Virus record (IMG/VR): IMGVR_UViG_3300029319_000010
Location: 50,214 to 114,213 of that record
Strand: one strand, 5' to 3'
Source: a virus
Length of the DNA: 64,000 nt
The notes beneath the pieces are model-generated. The model was not told the DNA's origin. It searched no databases and was given only the letters and a program-made list of their open reading frames with translations. Within the stretch, counting starts at the first letter, position 1. Each line of letters starts with the position of its first letter. The translations under genes and the position numbers were made by a program. Below are positions 37,063 to 45,016 of this stretch, one piece after another.

Positions 37063-38136
37063 TTAAAGTATGATATAGTTTATTCCAAACTTGAAATCAT
37101 GCCAGTCACGGTTCCAGTATTTGTTATATTTTCCTTCAATAAAGATACCTAGGTTCTTATTGATCTTATAACCAAATATTAAACCACCTGAATAATCTAT
37201 CCAATTGCCACCATTAAAATTATGATATGAGTACTCACCCCCTGTATCCAAATGCACCGGTAGTAGGTTCGCCCAAGAATGAAACCATATTGTTTTAGTG
37301 TAGTGATAGTAGTCTAAACCAACTACTAGAGAATGACACCACTGAACAGGTAATGCATCCTTTTTTGATTTCACATAATCATTAAGAACTTGGGGGACCA
37401 CTACCTCTTCCCATACTTCACTACTTGTAGCCACGACTGCTCCACTAGGGTCTAAGTAGCTTATTCCTGTTGGGTCAAACCCAATTGTGTAGCCTTCCTC
37501 TAAAGCAAGGTTTGTGTAGTGTATGTTTCCATTAGATAGTACCCACTCAGCTAAAGGGTCATAACCGTAAGGTTCTGATATTCTTTGTACAGCTCCTGCA
37601 GTAACTGAAAGTTTTCTACCTATCTTTTGTCTATATCGTTGTGACGCTTCCATGTATTCTACATCAGCAAAGCCGTCTTGTAAGTACTCTATCTTAACCA
37701 CCCATCTATCTGCTAAGTATCGTAAAAAGTGATGTTGGTCTACATAAGAGTTACCTTGTTGTCTTTTATAATCTGCCTCAAACAAAAACTCAAATCCTCT
37801 AGTTCGTCCAATAGTAGCGGCATCAGAGTAAGAAGTTTCTGTACCATCTTTGAATGTATTAGCTTTATTCTCGTATCCAAATCTTTGTATCTTTCTTACA
37901 CCTACAGTAAAAGCATAGTCAAATGGAGTTTCTATTACATCGGTTTGAAGTCCATCTAATATAGAATATGTATTCTGATCTGAAATAGAGGTACCACCAT
38001 TTACTGCAGCGTAGAATGTAGAGAACTTAAAAGTTTTCTTAAGTTCTGTTTTAAACTTGCTATCCTGAGCACAACACTTTTTAGGTGCTACACAAGACAA
38101 TAATAGTAATAATATGGTTAGTAGTATTTTTTTCAC
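37063..38136 (-). CDS. Putative outer-membrane beta-barrel protein
   Basis: Signal peptide; alternating aromatic strands; C-terminal strand DFKFGINYIIL. Confidence 0.7.
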   Translation of the reverse strand: MKKILLTILLLLLSCVAPKKCCAQDSKFKTELKKTFKFSTFYAAVNGGTSISDQNTYSILDGLQTDVIETPFDYAFTVGVRKIQRFGYENKANTFKDGTETSYSDAATIGRTRGFEFLFEADYKRQQGNSYVDQHHFLRYLADRWVVKIEYLQDGFADVEYMEASQRYRQKIGRKLSVTAGAVQRISEPYGYDPLAEWVLSNGNIHYTNLALEEGYTIGFDPTGISYLDPSGAVVATSSEVWEEVVVPQVLNDYVKSKKDALPVQWCHSLVVGLDYYHYTKTIWFHSWANLLPVHLDTGGEYSYHNFNGGNWIDYSGGLIFGYKINKNLGIFIEGKYNKYWNRDWHDFKFGINYIIL

Positions 38137-41100
38137 AACTTAATTATTTTCTTGGTTATTCTTATTTTATCATATGTAATAATCAAATTATACATTCCAT
38201 CGGGATAATCTGATAAATCTATTCTTTTAATATTATCTGTTTGTATAATCTCTCCTACCATATTATATAGTTCTACATCAACATCTAGTCTTGTTTCTAT
38301 AGTAAATGTATTTGCTGTAGGATTGGGGTATACAATTATATCACTACCTGATAGCTCATCTAAGTTAACTGGCCATCCTTCTTCACAATAATTATACATA
38401 GATTGACAGGTCTCATCCCATACCTCAGTACAACAATAGTTATCTATATCTATAACCCAAGCATAACAAGGATCATTTAACCAATAAGGTTCTCCAGGTC
38501 CACCATAGCAACCAGCATCATAAAGACAAGTGGTATTATCTGGTAAGTTAACTAACGGATCATAGTTATATGCATTAGGATCAGCACATCCTTCTATTAT
38601 AACTACACAACTACCATCATCAAAACAAGCATCTTCATCATAGTTTAGTGCAGTACTATCTGTACAACCTCCAACATAACAACATGAATTATCTAAAGTA
38701 TTTGCTAACGGATCAAAGTTAAGAGCCATTGTGTCTGTACAACCATATACAAATTCTATACACGTACCATTATCTGTATTTGCTAATGGGTCATAGTTAA
38801 ATGCAGTAGAATCCATGCAACCATATACATAAGGTATACAGTTACCGCTATCAGTATTTGCAGTAGAATCATAATTAAACATGGTAGAATCCATACATCC
38901 TATAATAACACCTTCACAGCTTCCATCATCTGTATTGGCATCTGCATTATAGTTAAAAGCCTCTGGATTGGTGCAACCTAGTATAGGGTATATACATCCA
39001 TTATTAGTATTTGCTAACTCATTATAATTTAACGCAGTTGAATCTGTACAACCAATCACAACATCAATACATGAGCCGTTGTTTGTATTTGCTGTGGCAT
39101 TAAAATTAAATGCACTTGGATCTGTGCATCCATATATAGCATATATACACCCTGAATTAGTATTAGCGGTAATTTGATAATTTAAAGCTGTATCATCAGT
39201 GCATCCTATTACTACTGGTTGACATGAATCATCATCAATATTAGCATTTACATTAAAGTTAAATGCTGTTGGGTCAGTACATCCTAGAACAGGATATACA
39301 CAACCTGAGTTAGTATTAGCTAGTTGATCATAGTTTAGTGCTGTATCATCTGTACACCCTATAACAACATCAACACAACTATTGTCAGTAGTATTAGCTT
39401 GTGGATTATAGTTAAATGAATCAGGATTTGTACAACCATAAACAAATGAAATACATCCTACATTTGTGTTAGCAGTTTCATCATAATTATATGCTTCAGG
39501 ATCCGTACATCCATATGCAAACTCTATACATGATCCATCATCAGTGTTTGCATTAACATTAAAATTAAACATTGTAGGATCCATACAACCATATACAAAT
39601 GGCTCACATGGATTATTTTCATCTGCTGTATTAGCTTCTGCATTATAATTAAATGCTGTTTCATCTAAACAACCGTATATAAATGGTTCACATAAATTAT
39701 TATTTGTGTTAACATCTACACCATTTATTCCTGTTAATGGATTTCCTACTCCATCATTATCATAATCATTATATGTATAAGAGTTTGGATTTAAACAACC
39801 ATATACAAAAGGATAACATGAGCCATCATCGGTATTAGCTAGCTCATTATAGTTAAATTGATTTGACTGTGTACAACCTTCAACAACTGGTTCACAACTA
39901 TCATCATCTACATTTGCATCTGGATAGTAATTAAATGCTTCATCATCTGTACAGCCATACACTATTTCTATGCAAGAGTCATTATCTGTATTAGCGTCTT
40001 CATCATAGTTAAACGCAGCAGAGTCTGTACAACCATTAATAACAGGCTGACATGATCCTGGTTCTAGAGTATTTGCTTCTTGATCATAATTAAATGCTAA
40101 TGGGTCTGTACAACCTAATATAGTTGGTATACAAGGATCTGTTTCATCTTCAACAGCTACTTGATTAACTGTTGCTAGTTCATTATAGTTATATGCAGTT
40201 TCATCTATACAGCCGAATATAGCATATACTTCACATGTTCCATCATCAAAATCTGCTTCTATTGCATTTTGTTCTATATAATTATAATATTCAATATAAG
40301 CTGCATCAGTACAACCAGGGTTGTAATAACAGTCATTACTGCTTGTATTTGCTATTGGATCAAAGTTAACTGCTTCTAAATCTAAACAACCATAAATTTT
40401 AGGAATACAGTTATTACCACACAGAGCTTGACCTTGATATAGAAAGTTGTATTGATTATAAGAAAGTATTGGATTTGTATAAGGGTTAGTTCCACCTTCT
40501 AATATAATGTCTCCTATAGGGTTAATTATTTCAAAGCTGCATTGTTCTGTTGTTTGTTGAGATTGACCAAAAGAATAAAAATAAGCTTTAACCATTTCAC
40601 TGGTATTAAAATTAATTTCAGTTTCAAAAACTGTTTGATCACTTTGTAATGTAAAAGGCCCCCACCACTGATCACCTTGTGTAACTACTAAAAATGAACC
40701 TGCCCAACCATTATCAGCCCAATCCGTCAATCTTAATGTATTTGTACAATTAGGGTTTGATAGTTGTGTATTTGCATCAGGGTTAAAATTAAAAGCATCA
40801 GGGTTTATACAGCCAAATATTCTTTCTGTTTCACATGATCCGTCATCTTCATTAGCATAAGGGTTAAACTCTAAATACTCATTGTTTGTACATCCTTGTA
40901 CAGTCTCTGGTGCACATGGTGTTACTTGACCAACATCAATTATAAGCTCTCCAAAATCACCTATACCTTCTGATATTGTATCACCACATTCTGTATATAC
41001 CGCCCAAGTACCATCTATACCACCCCATTGAGCTCCACCAAGACCATCTCCATATGAGTCTTGTAACCAAAACATTATGTTAGTATTGTCATCAATGCAA

Positions 41101-42299
41101 GTTTGATATTCTACTGTAGTACCTACTGGCACACCACAATACGTTGTGTTATCATTTACTTCTGCTAAAGGTGTTCCATCACCATACTGATCATATATTA
41201 TCCAACTAGTTTCACAGCCATACTGATCCACCATTATTTCAACTGTAACTAAAGTTTTACCTGCTGTGCATGTTATATCTCCTCCATTACATGAACCATC
41301 GTCTGTAGTTGCTGCAGGGTTATAACTAGCTGCTTCTGGGTCTGTACAACCTGGTATGTTAATACAAGATCCATCATCAATACCTGCTTCTTCATTATAG
41401 TTTAATGCATTTGGGTCTGTACATCCATAAATAAAAATACAAGGATCTACCTGCCATGTTTCTCCTACTACAGCATTTACATTTACACCTGGAGTATTTG
41501 TATTAGGGTTTCCATCTGCTTCTGCTTGTGTTGATACTACATAGATTAATGTTGTGGGTGAATTACAACCTCCACCATCAAAAGCTACAGCATCTATAAA
41601 CCATTGTTGTCCATTATCACCAACATATATTCTTGCACCAATTTGTAGAATATCTTGATATTGTAAATAAAATTCGGGATCAACTCCAAAGTGAGTATTA
41701 GTAAAGGATACCAAGTTACATGTTGAACCTGGTGTTATAATGCCTGTTGGTATATCTGCTGCAAGTGGATTATAATTAAATGCAAACTCATTTATACATC
41801 CATAAATATATGTACAACTACCATCATTAATTAAGGCATCTTCGTTAAAGTTTTCTGCTAATTCATCTGTACAACCTTGTAAAGGAGGAGCACAAGGTGC
41901 TATAGTTAATGTATCTACTAAAGATATTGGTCCGCTAGGTTCTGTTGTTAGTACTGAATCTTCATAAAAAGCACCTTCTACATACATTAAACTATCTTGA
42001 CAAGCATTACTTATTGAAAACCATCCATTATTACCACCCCAAAAAGATCCAGCTAAACCATCACCATAAGCATCATTTAATGAAATAATATATTCACCTG
42101 CTGGTATACTTATTATAGTATCATGTAAAAATTCTGGCAATAAAAATGGTTCATTTACAGCTATTGCAGCACCGCTAATATCATAAAGTTCCCATGATGT
42201 TTCACCAGGATATTGGTCTGTTTGTAACTGTATATGTATCCAAGATTCTTGAGTAAATACTAGTATAGGAACTAGTAATAAGAATATTAGTTTTTTCAT
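38133..42299 (-). CDS. T9SS type A sorting-domain protein with about 29 GCTDxxAxNY repeats
   Basis: Sec signal MKKLIFLLLVPILVFT-Q; C-terminal IVYPNP...LYNMVGE...IDLSDYPDGMYNLII...TKKIIKL. Confidence 0.9.
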   Translation of the reverse strand: MKKLIFLLLVPILVFTQESWIHIQLQTDQYPGETSWELYDISGAAIAVNEPFLLPEFLHDTIISIPAGEYIISLNDAYGDGLAGSFWGGNNGWFSISNACQDSLMYVEGAFYEDSVLTTEPSGPISLVDTLTIAPCAPPLQGCTDELAENFNEDALINDGSCTYIYGCINEFAFNYNPLAADIPTGIITPGSTCNLVSFTNTHFGVDPEFYLQYQDILQIGARIYVGDNGQQWFIDAVAFDGGGCNSPTTLIYVVSTQAEADGNPNTNTPGVNVNAVVGETWQVDPCIFIYGCTDPNALNYNEEAGIDDGSCINIPGCTDPEAASYNPAATTDDGSCNGGDITCTAGKTLVTVEIMVDQYGCETSWIIYDQYGDGTPLAEVNDNTTYCGVPVGTTVEYQTCIDDNTNIMFWLQDSYGDGLGGAQWGGIDGTWAVYTECGDTISEGIGDFGELIIDVGQVTPCAPETVQGCTNNEYLEFNPYANEDDGSCETERIFGCINPDAFNFNPDANTQLSNPNCTNTLRLTDWADNGWAGSFLVVTQGDQWWGPFTLQSDQTVFETEINFNTSEMVKAYFYSFGQSQQTTEQCSFEIINPIGDIILEGGTNPYTNPILSYNQYNFLYQGQALCGNNCIPKIYGCLDLEAVNFDPIANTSSNDCYYNPGCTDAAYIEYYNYIEQNAIEADFDDGTCEVYAIFGCIDETAYNYNELATVNQVAVEDETDPCIPTILGCTDPLAFNYDQEANTLEPGSCQPVINGCTDSAAFNYDEDANTDNDSCIEIVYGCTDDEAFNYYPDANVDDDSCEPVVEGCTQSNQFNYNELANTDDGSCYPFVYGCLNPNSYTYNDYDNDGVGNPLTGINGVDVNTNNNLCEPFIYGCLDETAFNYNAEANTADENNPCEPFVYGCMDPTMFNFNVNANTDDGSCIEFAYGCTDPEAYNYDETANTNVGCISFVYGCTNPDSFNYNPQANTTDNSCVDVVIGCTDDTALNYDQLANTNSGCVYPVLGCTDPTAFNFNVNANIDDDSCQPVVIGCTDDTALNYQITANTNSGCIYAIYGCTDPSAFNFNATANTNNGSCIDVVIGCTDSTALNYNELANTNNGCIYPILGCTNPEAFNYNADANTDDGSCEGVIIGCMDSTMFNYDSTANTDSGNCIPYVYGCMDSTAFNYDPLANTDNGTCIEFVYGCTDTMALNFDPLANTLDNSCCYVGGCTDSTALNYDEDACFDDGSCVVIIEGCADPNAYNYDPLVNLPDNTTCLYDAGCYGGPGEPYWLNDPCYAWVIDIDNYCCTEVWDETCQSMYNYCEEGWPVNLDELSGSDIIVYPNPTANTFTIETRLDVDVELYNMVGEIIQTDNIKRIDLSDYPDGMYNLIITYDKIRITKKIIKL

Positions 42300-42302
42300 A
42301 TT

Positions 42303-42626
42303 TTAAAATTTATTAGCAAGTATTTCGTCAATATATGCTTGCACTTCTTTTGCATCTGCTTTCATAGTAAATGATATATCTGCTTGATATCTTTTTACTT
42401 CTTCACCATCATCAAATATTATAATTGTAGGAACTACTGCTATATTATGTTTTTCTTGTTGTTTTGGTTTGTCTGCTATATCTACATATGCTATATCACA
42501 ATCAACTAAATCATTACACCATTCTACATCATTTGTAGAGTTCCATCCTGCATTATATTGAACAACTTCTACCTGTCCATAGGCAATAGAAGACATCAAA
42601 CAAAATATAAAGAATATATTTTTCAT
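42303..42626 (-). CDS. Exported thioredoxin-fold protein lacking canonical CxxC
   Basis: Signal peptide ending AYG-Q; VVQYNAGWN, YVDI, IAVVPTIIIFDDGEEVKRY. Confidence 0.75.
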   Translation of the reverse strand: MKNIFFIFCLMSSIAYGQVEVVQYNAGWNSTNDVEWCNDLVDCDIAYVDIADKPKQQEKHNIAVVPTIIIFDDGEEVKRYQADISFTMKADAKEVQAYIDEILANKF

Positions 42627-42904
42627 TTTAATCTATCTATTTTATCTTCTATACGTTTTAAATCTTCTTTTATTTCCTCAACATCATCTTGAGTATTTTG
42701 AATTGTTAAACGTATATTTTTATCTTTCATATCAAACTCCATTCTTGTTACATCTGGATTTGGTGGTACAGGTAGCTCTTTAGCCTCAGCAATATCTGCC
42801 TGTAAAACAAACCACATACTTACTAAAGTAGTAATTAAAAAACCTATTCCACCTAGTGTCTTTAGGCTTATTTCAAATTTGGAATCTTCTGATATTTCTT
42901 TCAT
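42623..42904 (-). CDS. Single-TM coiled-coil membrane protein
   Basis: TM LGGIGFLITTLVSMWFVL, then PVPP and a coiled coil. Confidence 0.7.
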   Translation of the reverse strand: MKEISEDSKFEISLKTLGGIGFLITTLVSMWFVLQADIAEAKELPVPPNPDVTRMEFDMKDKNIRLTIQNTQDDVEEIKEDLKRIEDKIDRLK

Positions 42905-43308
42905 TTTGTACCTCCTTTTCTCATATAACCCTGGCCTGAAAATATAATCATCTTGTCTTTGTTTGCACCTCCTCTTTTCTTTGGTGATTTCTTAGCACCA
43001 GGATTTGACGTTTTTAATTTTCTTACATTATTTGTCATTGAAGTCAACTTATTCTGATTTTCTAGAAGTTTATTTTGACTCTCAATTAGTTGGTTATTGA
43101 GTTGAAGTTGTTTAATAATCTCTTTTTGATTATTCATTATAGATTGTTGATTAAGCATTGCTTGTTCATCAGGGTTAGGAACTTTATTAGGATCCATTTG
43201 AGGAACATCTACAAAATCAGATACAGCGGGTCTACCAATCCTAGATACCTTTCTAGGACCGGCATGATTATTAGGACCTCCCGCTCTATATTGTCTAATT
43301 CTACGCAT
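42901..43308 (-). CDS. Basic coiled-coil protein with YRAGG and MRKGG motifs
   Basis: Start moved to MRRIRQYRAGG (43308). Confidence 0.7.
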   Translation of the reverse strand: MRRIRQYRAGGPNNHAGPRKVSRIGRPAVSDFVDVPQMDPNKVPNPDEQAMLNQQSIMNNQKEIIKQLQLNNQLIESQNKLLENQNKLTSMTNNVRKLKTSNPGAKKSPKKRGGANKDKMIIFSGQGYMRKGGTK

Positions 43309-43312
43309 ATTA

Positions 43313-43696
43313 CTATGAAGTTGTATCCCAGTCAATTACAATTGATCCACAAACTACTCCAAGATTAGTTGCATTAGGAGCAATTTCAAGAAATCTTGCA
43401 TTTGCTGGATTAGTAATTTCAGTTGTACCTGCTCTAGCTAAAAATTCTGTAATTGCTCTTTGCAATTTTAATGCTTCACCAGTTGTTGTTATTGATGCTT
43501 TACAATCTTTTCTAGTATGTCCTAACCAAGTACCACTATGACCAGCATCTAGAAAAAAGATTTCAAGAGTATTTGCATCTGCTATTCTCATATTAACATT
43601 ATTTCCTGATCCAACTGGATAGGATATAATATCTTCTGTGTCATCAGCATATGTCATAATCCATTTTGGTAATGCTGCTAAATTTAATTCTGCCAT
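43313..43696 (-). CDS. Putative virion protein, paralog B1
   Basis: MAELNLAALPKWIM...LDAGH...ARAGTTEITN. Confidence 0.65.
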   Translation of the reverse strand: MAELNLAALPKWIMTYADDTEDIISYPVGSGNNVNMRIADANTLEIFFLDAGHSGTWLGHTRKDCKASITTTGEALKLQRAITEFLARAGTTEITNPANARFLEIAPNATNLGVVCGSIVIDWDTTS

Positions 43697-43722
43697 GTTT
43701 AAAAAATTTATTAAGTTAATTA

Positions 43723-44148
43723 TTATGCTATTATATCTTCTACTACCTCTAAGTCAGTAACAGTTGCTCCTAAAAAAGTATTTACATCACTTAAAACATC
43801 TCCATCAAGATATATCATTCTGTTATTATCTGTATTAGTAATTTCTGTAGATCCTGCTCTAGCTACCCACCTTGTAAAATTTCTTACTATATTAAGTCTA
43901 GTAGCATCGTCATCAGCATGTGTAAATACAATTGCCATATCACGTCTTGCACCAACAACACCTTCACTATCATGACCTGCATCCAATATACACACTAATG
44001 TTTTAGTTGGTGCACCTCCTGTTCCAGTATTACAAGATTTAAAAAATACTCTTGCACCCAAACCAATAGGTACTGATACACTTTTATTTTCTCCTGTGTC
44101 TTTAGCCATAACCCACTTGGGTAGTATTGCTTTGTTTAATTCTGCCAT
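43723..44148 (-). CDS. Putative virion protein, paralog B2
   Basis: MAELNKAILPKWVM...LDAGH...ARAGSTEITN. Confidence 0.65.
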   Translation of the reverse strand: MAELNKAILPKWVMAKDTGENKSVSVPIGLGARVFFKSCNTGTGGAPTKTLVCILDAGHDSEGVVGARRDMAIVFTHADDDATRLNIVRNFTRWVARAGSTEITNTDNNRMIYLDGDVLSDVNTFLGATVTDLEVVEDIIA

Positions 44149-44190
44149 ATTTAAAATATTTTAATTGTTTATATTCTTGTTTGTTATATT

Positions 44191-44691
44191 TTATAAAACC
44201 CTATTAGGTCCTGCTCCTCCTCTTGCTCCTTTTGCTCTGTTATAAGCTACAAGTTCAGTTGCTAAATTATTAGATCTTGTTGTATTTCTACTTTGTGCAT
44301 CTGTTCTTGCACGTAATGCTACATTATAACGGCTTAGATCTGCTGGGTCTAATGTATAATAAGCCAGTCTATCAGCAGTAACCGCACCTCTAGTGCCCGG
44401 ACTTACACGTCTTGCACTTCTATATATAGCAGGATTAGGTGCATCTGGAACAGTCTCTGGTGCAAATTTACTTTGTCTTGTACTAGGTTTTATTAAAACA
44501 TCTCTATTAATAGGATTTCTTGTACCTTTTGTTTGAAATTTTGCTGAAAACTTACTTGTAGGAAGTGGGGTTTCTGGTTTAACCAATAACTGTGCAGATA
44601 AATTATTACTTGGCGTAATACTGTTTAATGCATCGTTTGTTCTTTGACCATGAGATTGTTTCTCTTGGTCTGCTCTTTTTCTTGAAGCCAT
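44191..44691 (-). CDS. Basic, probably disordered protein ending GPNRVL
   Basis: First gene after the late motif at 44738. Confidence 0.75.
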   Translation of the reverse strand: MASRKRADQEKQSHGQRTNDALNSITPSNNLSAQLLVKPETPLPTSKFSAKFQTKGTRNPINRDVLIKPSTRQSKFAPETVPDAPNPAIYRSARRVSPGTRGAVTADRLAYYTLDPADLSRYNVALRARTDAQSRNTTRSNNLATELVAYNRAKGARGGAGPNRVL

Positions 44692-44714
44692 AACTTTAAT
44701 TAATTAATTATTAT

Positions 44715-44750
44715 TATATTTGCTATTCTTATATAGATAATATACAAAAA
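44715..44750. promoter_or_regulatory. Overlapping promoters: plus TATATTTG (44715-44722) and minus late motif (44738-44750)
   Basis: Direct motif matches between divergent genes. Confidence 0.6.
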
Positions 44751-44762
44751 AAACTTTGAAAT

Positions 44763-44948
44763 ATGAAAACACATGAATTTAAAATAGAATTTCTAACAGA
44801 TAGTCCACTATTAGGACTACATATGACACAATTTGATAGAAAGAATAATGATACCTTAAGATGGAATCCAACCATCAAAATCTCTTTAGGTTTTTTATTT
44901 TTTCATTTTACTTACATAAATACAGATTATACAATAGAAAAGGATTAA
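44763..44948 (+). CDS. 61-aa hypothetical beta-strand protein
   Basis: ORF track. Confidence 0.6.
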   Translation: MKTHEFKIEFLTDSPLLGLHMTQFDRKNNDTLRWNPTIKISLGFLFFHFTYINTDYTIEKD

Positions 44949-45016
44949 ATTTTCACTATATTATTATTACCTGACTATCTCAGGTATCTCAATTATTAAC
45001 TACTAAATACAATAAA

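Noticed and set aside
38500-41900. Repeats as a CRISPR array or DGR template
   Set aside because: They are in-frame protein repeats with synonymous divergence; no reverse transcriptase in the window
37063-42904. Host chromosomal DNA or a prophage boundary
   Set aside because: Genes overlap phage-type neighbours, phage genes lie on both sides, and no integrase or att site is seen; misassembly cannot be fully excluded without reads
42623-42904. Inner-membrane spanin call
   Set aside because: TM plus coiled coil fits, but no adjacent small outer-membrane lipoprotein partner was found
4351-43368. Other opposite-strand or alternate-frame track ORFs (e.g. 4351, 5306, 6273, 6479, 7308, 8266, 8295, 10341, 11314, 11627, 14072, 15565, 18264, 18791, 19684, 23341, 24245, 24704, 26579, 29686, 33228, 34202, 34864, 35486, 35826, 37729, 43090)
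   Set aside because: They overlap better-supported genes and have shadow-like composition
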